From a virus (taxonomy: Duplodnaviria; Caudoviricetes), in the IMG/VR virus record IMGVR_UViG_3300024046_000013, positions 1 to 38,950 of that record: 38,950 nt of DNA; one strand, written 5' to 3'. The notes below the pieces were generated by a model. It worked only from the letters and a program-made list of their open reading frames with translations, did not search any database and had not been told where the DNA came from. Shown here in pieces: positions 1-10,600 of this stretch. The stretch's first letter is position 1; every line of letters begins with the position of its first letter. The translations under genes and the position numbers were made by a program.

Positions 1-1215
1 ATGAGTAGGCAGCTGCACCGGCTGACGGCCGTGAAGATCAACAGGCTGCTGGAACCGGGCCAGTATCCGGATGGGGGAGGGCTGTACTTTCAGATCAGCC
101 GGTCGGGGTCCAGATCCTGGATCTTCAAGTTCACGCTGTCGGGGCGCACACGGGAAATGGGGATGGGGCCCCTGTCTGTGGTGTCCCTGGCCGAAGCCAG
201 GGTTGAGGCCGCGCGCTGCCGGGCGCTGCTCAAGGACAAGGTGGATCCGATCGAGGCGAGGAACGCGGCGCGGAAGGCCGCACAGACCGATGCGCCCAGG
301 CTATTCGAGGCAGCCGCGGCGGACTACATCAAGACGCACAGGCCGGGCTGGAAGAATGCGAAGCATGTCCAACAATGGGAAAACACGCTGGCGACCTACG
401 CGGGCCCCGTGATCGGGAAAATGGGTGTGCGCGACGTGGGCACCGATGAGGTCAAGCGGATACTGGAACCGATCTGGATCAGCAAGCGGGAAACCGCGTC
501 ACGGCTGCGCGGGCGCATCGAATCCATCCTGGATGCCGAGAAGGCGCAGGGGCACAGGTCCGGCGAAAACCCGGCCCGGTGGCGTGGCCATCTGAGCCTG
601 ATCCTGCCGAACCAGAAGCGCAGGAAGAAGATCAAGCACCACCCGGCGCTCCCCTGGGATGAAATGCCTGGGTTCATGGCTGCGCTGGTGGAATGCCCGG
701 GGAGGGCGGCCCGGATGCTCGAACTGCTGATCCTGACGGCCGTCCGTACGCAGGAAATCCGATTCTCTCGACCGGCAGAGTTCGACGTGCGCCGGCGAGT
801 CTGGACGGTGCCGGGCGATCGGATGAAGATGGAAATGCCCCTGCGCGTGCCCTTGTCAGATCGTGCGGTCGACCTGGTGAAAGATGCGATGGAAGCGCAG
901 CGGTACGACTGGATGTTCCCCGGTGACAGGAAGGGCAAGCCGTTTTCCAATATGGCGATGCTCAAGGTGCTGGAGCGCATGGGCTACGGCCACATCACCG
1001 TCCACGGCTTCCGGTCCACGTTCAGCGACTGGGCGGTCGAGTCCACCGACTACGCCGACGAACTGGCCGACAAGGCGCTGGCCCACGCCGTGGGGGATGG
1101 CACGAAACAGGCGTACTTCCGGGGGGATCGGTTGGAGAAGCGCCGGGATCTGATGCAAGCCTGGGCAGCGTACTGCTATTCGGACGTCGATGTGACCGCC
1201 CGCACATACCCCTGA
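1..1215 (+). CDS. int: Tyrosine integrase, P4/IntS-like, with N-terminal arm-binding domain
   Basis: N-terminal YPDGGGLYFQI...WIFKF...MGMG arm-binding motif; catalytic R (VRTQE), K (RMKM), HGFR, LAH and Y (QAYFR) all present. Confidence 0.96.
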   Translation: MSRQLHRLTAVKINRLLEPGQYPDGGGLYFQISRSGSRSWIFKFTLSGRTREMGMGPLSVVSLAEARVEAARCRALLKDKVDPIEARNAARKAAQTDAPRLFEAAAADYIKTHRPGWKNAKHVQQWENTLATYAGPVIGKMGVRDVGTDEVKRILEPIWISKRETASRLRGRIESILDAEKAQGHRSGENPARWRGHLSLILPNQKRRKKIKHHPALPWDEMPGFMAALVECPGRAARMLELLILTAVRTQEIRFSRPAEFDVRRRVWTVPGDRMKMEMPLRVPLSDRAVDLVKDAMEAQRYDWMFPGDRKGKPFSNMAMLKVLERMGYGHITVHGFRSTFSDWAVESTDYADELADKALAHAVGDGTKQAYFRGDRLEKRRDLMQAWAAYCYSDVDVTARTYP

Positions 1216-1649
1216 AGCCCGTTCACTTTGTCAGCCAGCCGTCCAGCTTCTCGGCCCATGTCTTCATATGCTGCGACACACTGGCCGAATATTCCGATCC
1301 AGTCTTCTCCGGCTCCATCAGTTCCGGGTTCGGCGCGGGCAGGCGCGGGGCGACGGCGTAGCTGGTCGAGCAGCCCGTCAATGCGCTTGCGCTGCTCAGA
1401 CACAAGACGATCAGCAGCCAGCCGGGCCAGAACCTGCCCCCGGTTGATGGCGTCCTCTCGATCACGCTCATACTGTATGCCCTCCTGTAGGCGTAGACGT
1501 TGGGTTTCAGCTTCGGCTTGGGCTTGGGCGTACCCGGCGCGATACTGGGCCGCGCCGTGCATGTGCCAAGCCGCCACGCCGGCAGCCGCCAGCAGCAGAC
1601 CGCCGGCCGCGGCAAGGGCGTATCCCTTCAGCCCAGTGAGCAGACCCAT
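1176..1649 (-). CDS. Rz: Rz-like inner-membrane spanin
   Basis: N-terminal TM helix, coiled-coil body, C-terminal LQGYVR motif; last gene of the lysis cassette; contains an embedded lipoprotein gene. Confidence 0.85.
   Translation of the reverse strand: MGLLTGLKGYALAAAGGLLLAAAGVAAWHMHGAAQYRAGYAQAQAEAETQRLRLQEGIQYERDREDAINRGQVLARLAADRLVSEQRKRIDGLLDQLRRRPAPARAEPGTDGAGEDWIGIFGQCVAAYEDMGREAGRLADKVNGLQGYVRAVTSTSE
1223..1471 (-). CDS. Rz1: Rz1-like outer-membrane lipoprotein spanin embedded in Rz (82 aa)
   Basis: ATG at 1471 preceded by CAGGAGGG; hydrophobic signal ending in lipobox LTG-C; Pro-rich mature part (PRLPAPNPELMEP); different frame inside Rz. Confidence 0.8.
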   Translation of the reverse strand: MSVIERTPSTGGRFWPGWLLIVLCLSSASALTGCSTSYAVAPRLPAPNPELMEPEKTGSEYSASVSQHMKTWAEKLDGWLTK

Positions 1650-2116
1650 GCGTCAGCATCCCCACGGTTGATCAGGCCCGGCAGCACCCGGCCGCCGGCC
1701 TTCACCCAGCGATGGTATTCCTGGCAGGCCTCGGCCGCGCGGCCCGCGTTCGTCAGCCGCAGCAGCGCGCTGCGGGCCAGATTCCCCGCCCCCTTGTTGA
1801 ATGCGAAGTCGATCAGCGCGGCGCGCTGGAACCGGCTGACCTGTACGCGCACGAGCCGATCGACGGCCGCCTCGGCTTTGGCCTGGTCCTGCGCCAGCAG
1901 CGCATCACATTCCGCATCGCTGTAGCGCTTGCCGGGGATGATGTCCGGGCCGGTATGCCCGTCGCATACCGTCAGCGTGCCGTTGCCCGGGTCGCGGTAC
2001 GGCACGTACACCCGCCCCTCGTGGTGCGTGATGAGGATGCTGGCCAGCACCGCCGCGCTGGCTCCGGCAGCAGCCGCTTGCAGGATGCGGCGTTTCAGGG
2101 CGTCGGGGATAGCCAT
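1628..2116 (-). CDS. Endolysin, GH24 (T4/P21-type) lysozyme with probable SAR anchor
   Basis: Catalytic E-x8-D...T pattern in HEGRVYVPYRDPGNGTLTVCDGHTG; FNKG motif; Ala/Gly-rich weakly hydrophobic N-terminal helix after KRR; start placed at ATG 2116 overlapping the upstream TGA. Confidence 0.93.
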   Translation of the reverse strand: MAIPDALKRRILQAAAAGASAAVLASILITHHEGRVYVPYRDPGNGTLTVCDGHTGPDIIPGKRYSDAECDALLAQDQAKAEAAVDRLVRVQVSRFQRAALIDFAFNKGAGNLARSALLRLTNAGRAAEACQEYHRWVKAGGRVLPGLINRGDADAWVCSLG

Positions 2117-2232
2117 CACCGGCCTGCCGTGTAGATCAGCCACGCCAGGGAGCCGATCTGGTAGAGCCACCAGCCGGCCACCGCAATAGCCACTATGCCG
2201 GCGGCAGCGAGGGCGAGTTTCAGCACCTTCAT
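2116..2232 (-). CDS. 38-aa membrane microprotein between holin and endolysin
   Basis: MKVLKLALAAAGIVAIAVAGWWLYQIGSLAWLIYTAGR; ATGA overlap with the holin stop and TGATG overlap with the endolysin start. Confidence 0.65.
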   Translation of the reverse strand: MKVLKLALAAAGIVAIAVAGWWLYQIGSLAWLIYTAGR

Positions 2233-2507
2233 AGGTCGCACCGTTCCTTGAGCGCGGCGATCCGGGCCTCGCTCTCGCGCGATTCCCGGCGGTCGCGCCG
2301 GACTTGGAAGTAAACGTTCACCACCAGGCCGCCCACGGCCACGAGCGCGCCGGTCAGGCCCAGCCAGTTCACCGACGACAGCCAGCCAGCGATACCCGCC
2401 AGCGCGCCGCCCCAGGTGGTGGTGGCCGACGACTTGATCCCGATCGCATCCGCCGAATGGGCGGGCATTTCGCTGACGCGGGCGATGATCGTGCGCAGGA
2501 CGTTCAT
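2229..2507 (-). CDS. Holin
   Basis: 92 aa, Gly/Ala-rich hydrophobic segments, VNVYF followed by a highly charged tail (RRDRRESRE); directly upstream of the endolysin. Confidence 0.82.
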   Translation of the reverse strand: MNVLRTIIARVSEMPAHSADAIGIKSSATTTWGGALAGIAGWLSSVNWLGLTGALVAVGGLVVNVYFQVRRDRRESRESEARIAALKERCDL

Positions 2508-2878
2508 TCCGCAGGCTCCGGTTGCAGCAGTTCGGCCTTGCGCGCAAGGTCGATGATGCCCCGGCTGATCATCAGGTCGAGACCGGCGGCGACCGCAGGG
2601 TCGGTCAGATCAACGAACTGCGCGGCGATCAAACTGTCGTAGGCTCGATGTATGTCGATGCTGTCGGACGAGCGCACGGCGGCGTATTCAGCGTTCGTGA
2701 AGCGCATCAGGTATTCGCGGCTGGACAGGATCGTGCGAGGTTCGGGCGCCGGCGGATTCAGGTGCGCGTCGACTTCTTCCGGCGTCATCGGTACGAGATC
2801 GGGCTTAATCCAGGCGTCCTGGGAGCCATCGGATTCGAACGCATAGACCTCGCCGGCGGGGGATTTGAAGTATTTCAT
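2504..2878 (-). CDS. Tail-fibre accessory/assembly-like protein
   Basis: Immediately downstream of the tail fibre; MKYFK...VYAFE.DGSQD...EVDAHLNP start typical of fibre-associated genes; GAAGG SD before ATG 2878. Confidence 0.55.
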   Translation of the reverse strand: MKYFKSPAGEVYAFESDGSQDAWIKPDLVPMTPEEVDAHLNPPAPEPRTILSSREYLMRFTNAEYAAVRSSDSIDIHRAYDSLIAAQFVDLTDPAVAAGLDLMISRGIIDLARKAELLQPEPAE

Positions 2879-2890
2879 GTTGGCCTTCAA

Positions 2891-4579
2891 TTACCGCAGT
2901 TCATACACGGACCACGTGCCGGACGCGGTGTACTTGTACGTAGAGTCTTTCGGCACCACGGCATCGGTCGCTGCGTTGCTGCAATTCGCAACAACGAAGC
3001 CGTCTACGTAGATCATGTTTGTCCCGGCGCCATTGATAGCGGCTACGATGGTCCTTCCAGTCGTGTTGGTGTACGTGGTATTCAGCGTTCGTAGCGCCGT
3101 GACGTTCTGCCAAGTCTGCCCAGCACCAAGGCCCACGTTGCCGGACTCGACTGTGGCATTCAGCGCCTGAAACGCCGCATCCAGCGCAGCGAGATCGGAC
3201 GCGAGTTGTGCGGCATCCACTGACCCAGGATTGACGACAGTGCCGAAGGCTTGGATGCACCAAACACCGGACACGGAGTTCGGGCGGGTGTAGGTGTCAG
3301 TGCGGGCCACCAGGGAGGCGTCGAACCCCACGTCATACGATGCGCCGCTCGTCGTTTGTGGCGTTGAAGCCCGCGCTGTTCCTTGCTTGAACGCCCCGGA
3401 CTTCAACGCTGACCCCAGCATCACGCCCGACACTGAGGCCGCGTTGAACATTCCGGTGATATTCTCGATCGCATCCTGCAACACCGCACCAGCCGCCCCC
3501 GGCGAATTCGCTCCGTCGCCCGTGGCGTACAGCGCGCCAATCGAGCCGGCCGATTTCCCGTTCAGATCTGGCACCCGCAGGTTTCCGGTACTGCTTTCGA
3601 CAACGAACGCCCCCCGCTTGAGCGGGTCGGTCTGCCAGTCGGACTCGTCCACGGTCTTGAACACCCCCGAGCTGATCGCAGTGTGCAGATCGGGATACGT
3701 GGCGTGCGGTGCTTCCTGTCCATCGGCCGGGATCAGGCCCGCGGGGATTGATGTGCGGGTGCCGGACCACCAGACGGCCGAGCCAACCCAGATGCCATTC
3801 CCGGTGATCTGGTCGACGGCAGCTTCGGCCAGTTCCGCGCTATGTGCCGCGTTCGTCTCGCTGGTCGAGGCCGCGCTGGCAGCAGCGACGGCGGTATCCC
3901 GGGCGCTGATCGAGGCACCTGCTGCGTTTCCTGCCGTGCTCGCGGACGAAGCTGCGTTCGTTTCTGAGGTCGCCGCGGCGTTCTTGCTGGCCAGGGCCTG
4001 GGACGCGGACGTGGCCGCATTGGTTTCGCTGGTCGCCGCATGGCTTTCCGACAGAGCGGCGGCGACTTCGGAGTCGTGGGCATTGGATTCGGATGTGGCC
4101 GCTGCGGATGCCGCCGCGACAGCATCTCGCGCGGCTTGGATCAGCGAGTCGCGATATTCATCTGCCGGCGTGTCGTCGCTGATGCCGATCTTGATCGATC
4201 GGCTCAGCTGCTCGGCATTCTGCTGGCAGAGCACGACAATCCGATCCAGCGCCCGCTCGATCACGCCCGGGTAAAACCCGCCCTGGTTGGTGAGGTCGAG
4301 CGTCTGCAAATAGGCCACCGCGCTGGTGATCGTGATTTTTTCGTCCGTCGGCAGCGGTGCGGGCAGAGTGACCTCGCCCCCCGGGCTGGAATTCTGGTCC
4401 GGGTTCATCGTAGCGGTGTAGTCCGAGCCGGGCGTCAGAGCAGACTCGACCCCCGCCGAATCGGTGTGGATGACCAGCAACTCGTCGGTCGAGAACACCA
4501 CAAACGCATAGGAGAAAGTCGTGGCGGCATCATTGCCATCGAACGGACCCGCCTTGCGGACATCGCTGGATATGGTCAT
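2891..4579 (-). CDS. Tail fibre protein
   Basis: Podovirus N-terminal anchor (GPFDGND..TFSYAF...ERALDRIV), Stf-like Ala/Ser repeats (AATSETNAA), collar-like region (IPAGLIPADG...RVPDL..TRPNSV), C-terminal tip (QTWQNVT..R...TYTNTTGRTI). Confidence 0.9.
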   Translation of the reverse strand: MTISSDVRKAGPFDGNDAATTFSYAFVVFSTDELLVIHTDSAGVESALTPGSDYTATMNPDQNSSPGGEVTLPAPLPTDEKITITSAVAYLQTLDLTNQGGFYPGVIERALDRIVVLCQQNAEQLSRSIKIGISDDTPADEYRDSLIQAARDAVAAASAAATSESNAHDSEVAAALSESHAATSETNAATSASQALASKNAAATSETNAASSASTAGNAAGASISARDTAVAAASAASTSETNAAHSAELAEAAVDQITGNGIWVGSAVWWSGTRTSIPAGLIPADGQEAPHATYPDLHTAISSGVFKTVDESDWQTDPLKRGAFVVESSTGNLRVPDLNGKSAGSIGALYATGDGANSPGAAGAVLQDAIENITGMFNAASVSGVMLGSALKSGAFKQGTARASTPQTTSGASYDVGFDASLVARTDTYTRPNSVSGVWCIQAFGTVVNPGSVDAAQLASDLAALDAAFQALNATVESGNVGLGAGQTWQNVTALRTLNTTYTNTTGRTIVAAINGAGTNMIYVDGFVVANCSNAATDAVVPKDSTYKYTASGTWSVYELR

Positions 4580-4609
4580 CGCGTCAGGTGCGTACAGTTG
4601 AATGACTGC

Positions 4610-4642
4610 AGGTTATCGCCCAAAATGAGAGATACGCGCACC
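4610..4642 (-). promoter_or_regulatory. Putative late promoter (copy 1), upstream of tail fibre and lysis genes
   Basis: On - strand GGTGCGCGTATC (4642-4631), 15 nt, TAACCT (4615-4610); intergenic. Confidence 0.75.
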
Positions 4643-4668
4643 CGGCGCAGACGAGAGCCCCCTCCCCG

Positions 4669-7600
4669 CTACCGCTGCACCCCCATCAGCAGGGCCGCGG
4701 GGTTCTCGGTCTTGCCAGATGCCAGCGCATCAAACCCAGACCAGGATCGGTTGATCTGCACGCTCGGCAGGCCCGTCAGATCGCCGAGCAGGCTGATGAA
4801 CGCTTTGCGGAATCCGGTGTCGAATTCCCCCTGGGCAGCCTGCTGACCAAAGCGGACGGCATCCCCGATCATCCGCAGCCCTGCCGGACCGCCATAGCCC
4901 ATGCTGCTTTCGCCAGCCACGGCCTTCACGAGCGGATCCAGTTCCCGGACGAACACCATCAGGCCGGCCATGAACGAAGCGATCTCCGCCGGCAGGGATT
5001 TCAGCCAGTCCTCCCAGTCGTCATCCCCGCCCGGGGTCATGGCGTGCTTCAGCAGGGACTGCAGGACGGCCGGGACCAGCACCATCAACAAAATGTTGGC
5101 GGCGGCCTTGCCCTTGCTGTCCACCTTGGCGGACGCGTACATGGTGTTCAGCGTCGAGCCCATGTAGGAGTAGAAAGCCGTGAGCAGTTTGTGGTACGGG
5201 TTGCCGCGCTCGATGCCCGCCTGGTCGACTTCCTCACCTCCGCCCTGGGCGTCCTTCACCGCCTGGTCCGCCAGGGCCACGGCGGTATCCTCCGTGCGGC
5301 CATCGGCCATGGCTTTCTCGTAGGCCCCCCACCAGGTGGGCACGTCGATCATCATCTGGGTGCGCATCATGAGCCAGTAGCCCCAGCGCCCCATGAATTC
5401 CTTCGCCGAGGATTGCCCCTGCACCTGGTTGCGCAATTCGTTCAGTTCCCGGAAGCGGGTGCGGGTGCGGTTCGCCAGGAATGTCGACTTGGACATGGCC
5501 TCGCGCGTCGATGCGACCGGAGCGCCGATGTAGCGGCCGACACCCTTGGCGATCCAGGATCCGCCGACGCGCGCAACGGAGTTGGCCAGTCCCAGGGGTT
5601 GCATGGCCGCAGTGAACACCTGGAATGACAGCGCGGCCGCACTGACGTGCTGGCGCAAGAAGGTGACGGTGGCCTCCGCCGCGGTGTTCTGCCGGCTGGC
5701 GCCCATGACGATGTCGTCCCGCCAGCGCTCCAGTTCGTGCTTGACCTCCGGCCCGTAGTACTCGCGGATGGCGGTGTCGATGGTCTTGGAGCGCAGCAGC
5801 TTATTGGCGTCGATCACCCACTCCTGCCATGCAAGGTGGTGGATGACGTCGCTGAAACCGCTGTACATGCCCTGCAGGTTGAGCAGCAGCGGCCGGCCCT
5901 TGACCTCCTCGACCCGGGTCTTGGTGAAGCTGCGCCGCGTGGTGGCGACACCATAGGCCGCTTTGGTCTTCGTCTTGGACTCCTCGGCCGCGCTGTGCTG
6001 GCCGGCCTGCATGTTCACCCTGGGGTCAAACTTGACCGGGTAGTAGCCGCCGCTCAACTGCACGGCCTGGCCGTCCGCTGACCGGATCGTGATCGGCCGG
6101 GCCCGCACCCACTCCGGCTCCTTGCCGTAGATGCGGCGCCCCTGCTCGGCAACCTGGGGCCGGTATGCCTCGAACAGGTCCCACACCGCCTGGACAGCGT
6201 GCAGTTCCTGCGCCGTCAGCGATTCCAGCACCGGCTGGATCTGCGCCATGGTCCATCCCCGGCCGTCCAGCAGACGCTGCAGGTTGGACTCGTTGCCGAC
6301 GTTCAGGGCGACAGCGAACCGCTCCTGCCAGTTCAGGGACTCGTTGATCGAGGGGAAGGACCGCCCCTTGCCGACCTTGTCGGTCGCGGGGACGGGCTCC
6401 AGGATCGGGCGCATGATCGCATCCAGCCGCTGGACCAGTTCCGCCTTCATCTGGGTCTCGTGGTTCGCAGCCTCGTTGGCCGGCCGGATCAGGTAGCGCC
6501 AGACCGGGCCATCATCCTGCCCGCCGTCCATGATCCGGGCCCAGGTCGAGGCCTTGATGTGTGCGGCGCCGAATGCCCGCACCTTCTCCAGCGTACGGCC
6601 GGTCAGGTGGCTGGCGGTCCTGGTGTTCTTTCCAGAGGCCCTGGCGTGCGCGACGATGCCGGCAGCGATCTCATCGCGCACGGCCTCGTAATCGCGGTCG
6701 TTGGCCGCTGTCAGGAGCCGGTGCTTCAGTCGGGCCAGGTGCTCGATGCCGGAGATGGTGTCGCGCAGTCCCATCAACTCCTCGACCGTCAGATCCCTGT
6801 AGTGGCGCTGGGCGCTGTTGTCGATCGCCTCGGCCAGCAGCTTGATGGCGTCATCGTCGTCCGTGTAGATCAGATCCCCGTTGGCATCCCGGCTCTGAAC
6901 GGCGGCCAGGTAGCGGGCGCGCTCGGCCGGGGACAGCAGGGTTTCGGCGATGTCCGGGATCTCGCCCGCGTTCAGGCGGGACTGCACCCAGGTGCGCAGG
7001 CCGGCGGCCCGGGCGCGCTCCGCGTCCGAGCGCTGGCGCAGGTCGAACCGCTCCAGCAGCATGTCGATCTGGTCGAGAAAATCGGCGTCCAGGTTCTTGC
7101 GCACCCTGGCGCTGTCGAATTTCTTCAGGTAGCGCAGGGTCTTGTCGATGTCTTCCTGCGCGCCATAGGCGGCGCGGGTCAGCTGCTGCTGCACAACCTG
7201 GTTGCGCTTCTCGGCGGCGGCCGTGGCCAGATCCCCGGACTTCATGGCGCGCTCGGCGTTCTGCGCGGCGCGCGCCTCGGCGTTGGCGTACTGGCCCGGC
7301 CGCACGTCGCGCACGCGCAGCCTGGAGATCGTCACCCGGGCGAACTCGCGCGCGGCGTCCAGCAGGATCTTGCGCTTGCCCGTGGCGCGCGCCAGGGCGT
7401 TGGCCTCGGTAGCCGTGAAGCGGGCGCGCGCATCGTTGTGGACCGCCTGATCCGCCGCGCGCGCCAGGGCCTCGGGCGATGCGATATCGCCGTACTGCTC
7501 CAGCATCCGGGCGTCCGTGCGTGCCTCGATCTCGGCCTCGGGCCGTTCGGCCGCCAGCAGCGCGCGCACGAGCTCATCACCACTGGAGAACTCGTGCAGT

Positions 7601-10600
7601 TCAGCCGCGATGTCGGGTGGCATGCCTTCATCGGCCGTCATGCGCAGATCGGTCAGGCGCTTCCAGTCGAGCAGGGCGTACCGGTCGCGCTTCCCATCCA
7701 CGGCGCCGCCGTACATCTCGTCCAGGACGGCACGGGAAAGCCTGGGCGGCGGGGTGTCGCCCTCGGCCTTGGTGGTCAGGTAGCGCCACGCGCGGTAGAC
7801 CGGCAGGGCCTCGACTTCCTGGGCGACCTCCTGGCGGACCTCGGCCCGGCGCGCGGCCACTTCCTTCTGGAGGCGCTTGAGTTCTTTGCCGCGTGCGTTG
7901 TGCAGCCATCGCATGTCGCGCAGGCCTCGGGTCTGCAGGTCTTCGATGGCGTCGGCCGTGGCATCCGCCCCCAGGGCTTGGTAGGCGACGAATTCCTCCT
8001 GCGACATGCCGGCCTGCTCGGCGGTCTCGAACAGGGGCAGCATGCTGCGGCCCTGTTCGGCCAGCGCGATCTGCTCCCCGGTGGCCAGCATCCGATCGAA
8101 CACGCCGCGCACGTCGTCGGACAGGGTCACGTTCAGCGCGGACAGCTTCTTGTAGACGTTCAGCATCCAGGCGCGGAACCGCTGGAACAGGCCGTGCAGT
8201 TCGATGCTGGGCGCCTTGCCTTCGAACAGGTAGGCCTCGAAGCCGCGGGCGAACTGCTCGTGATAGGGGCGCTTCTGCTCCAGGTCCATGGCCTGCCAGG
8301 TGGCAAGGTCGGGCACGCCGAACCAGTCGAGCACGGTCTGCATGTCCTGGCGGATGGCCGCCGGCGCGTCTGGCTGGTCGGCCAGGCCGGCCTGGGCCTC
8401 CAGGAAGAAGTGCCCGGTCTCGTGCAGAAAGGTGGATAGGTCCGCGTCCTTCAGCAGGGAGATCGTCAGCGTGGACGGCGCGAAGCTGCCGCGCGCGGGC
8501 TGGTCGAGCACTTGCAGATTGAGGTCATCGCCGTTCTGCTCTACACTGGTCTCAGGTGGCTCGGAGCCTAAAGCTTCGGATTGGTGCTCTCCGTCAGCGC
8601 TATCGCGTTCCGCTGGCGAAATCACCCCCGGTATTGAGGGGTTCCGAGCCTGAACGCCCTTCTGGAAATATTCGTTTCCTGGCAAGGTGTGGTTGTAGTA
8701 CAGCTTGCCGTCCTTGTGTTCCTCGACGTTCACCTCGACCGTCAGGTTCTTCCCGTCCAGCAGCACATTCCCCTGAAGCCAGTGATACCGAACGATGTTC
8801 GGGTGGGTATCCGTGTTCCGGTTGTCCAGGGACCGCACCAGTGCGCCGTTTGCGATGATCTGCGGAAGGGCGGACACCAGTTTGAGCTTCGCAGGGTTCG
8901 CGCTGCTCGAGAGCATCTTGCGCAGCCCACGATTGCTGAACTGGACGTCGCCCAACTGGGCGTTGTGCACCACCGTTCCCGCCAGATTGCCGGCGTACCA
9001 TACTTTCGCCTGCGCGCGCAGGGTCTTGATATCGGCGTCGCGCGGCGCGATTTCTTCACCGGTCAAAGCGGCGACGGGCGCGCTCTGCTTCTGATCCAGC
9101 GTAAGGCCGCCGGCCACGCCCTGCGCCACCACCCGCAGCGGGTACCGCTGGTACAGATCCTCGGGGGTGGTCCCCAGCCGCGTCGCCTGGACCGCGTACC
9201 AGCTGCCGGCCAGCGTGGCGTAGGCGTCGTTCGTCTGGGGCGTGAACCGGCCGGCGGTGTCCAGTTGAGCTTTCAAGTCCGCCCGCACTGCATCCGCCGA
9301 AGCGCTGAACGCCTCGTCGTTTCCTTGCTGGGCGGCCGCGCGCTCAAACTCGGCGGTCAGGGTCTCCTGCTGGGTCTGCAGGTAGGCCTGCGCCTCGGCC
9401 CGGCTGAACCCTTCCGGGTCGGTCTTCAGATGGTCCAGCAGGCCCTGGGCGTATTCGGTCGGCGCGATGCGCGCGGCGAACTCTTCCACCGGGATGGCGA
9501 TCTGGCCACCAGTAGCCGCGGCCGCGTCGATCTGGGACGCCACTGCCGGAGACACCGCCGCGACCTGCTCGGCCACGCCGGACTGCATCAGGGCGTCGGC
9601 GCTGATGAACACCTGCTGCGTCGGCCCGCCATCGGCCGCCTGGGCGATGAACTGCTCGAAGGTATCCGGCGCGCGCGCGGCCAGCTTCGACGCCGCAGCG
9701 AAGGTGGTCAGGGCTTCCAGCTGCTGCGCCTGGAGTTCGGAAAAGCGGGCTTTGCGCTCCTGCACCGCCTGGGCATTCAGCAGTTGATCTGCCAGCTTCA
9801 CGGTGCCGATCTGCATGCTACCGCCTGTCAGGGTGGCGACAACGGTCTGCGCTACGCTGGCCGGTTGCTCGGCCAGGAAGTCCTTCAGGGTCCTGTCTGG
9901 ATTCAGATTCGTCCATTCGTTGAAGTTCTGCCAAAGCTGGGTGCCGATCTCGCCCGGTACTTCCCTGAACAACTCATAGCCCAGCAGCTTCTGCGCCGTG
10001 GCGCCGGCGAAGGCACGCTGAGCAAACCCCGCCAGGCCGAAGTAGCGTTCCCCGACATATTCGGCTACCGCGTCTTCTGCACCGTAGGCCAGCGAAGGCA
10101 GCACATCTCGGCCCTTCTCGCGGGATTCCTGGTAGCTGCTGCCCCCCTGTCCGGCAGATAGCGCTGCGATCGTCATCGGAATGCCGGCTTCGGGACCGAG
10201 CAGCCAGGACGCCAGGGCCAGCGTGCCCAGCGTCATGCCGGCGGACTGCACGCCGCTGGTGGCGCCTGCACCGAAAATCTGTCCGGGCAAGCTGCCCGGA
10301 GACCAATGGGACCCGATGTCCTCAGCGCGCTGCCCCGCCCACCTGGCTGTTTCGCCCAGGGAGTCGCCCCAGGCTTGCAGGGGCCCGCGCCCGGCGCCCG
10401 TCAGAGCGTTGATGCCTCGTTCGGGCAGGGCCAGCAGATCAACCCCGGCTCGCGCCACGCCTGCGCCCATTTTCAGGGCAGAAAAAGGCGCGGCCGCCAC
10501 ATCACGCCATAGCCCCATGTCGGGGTCGGCGCCGGTCACATAGCGCGCCAGCGAGCCAACGGCGGACTCGATGCCGGTCAGGCTGTCCACGTCGTCGTGC

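Noticed and set aside
2468-2507. Dual-start holin/antiholin (Met1 and Met14)
   Set aside because: No SD before Met14 and spacing unlike the lambda S dual-start motif
3830-4130. Ala/Ser-rich repeats in the tail fibre as a novel repeat system
   Set aside because: Ordinary Stf-like coiled-coil repeats
2500-4670. Diversity-generating retroelement as in BPP-1
   Set aside because: No reverse transcriptase ORF and no adenine-variable TR/VR repeat pair seen
6199-10161. Long + strand ORFs (746 aa and 490 aa), and similar ones opposite the portal, capsid and dnaB genes
   Set aside because: Antisense shadows of real high-GC genes; no recognisable motifs
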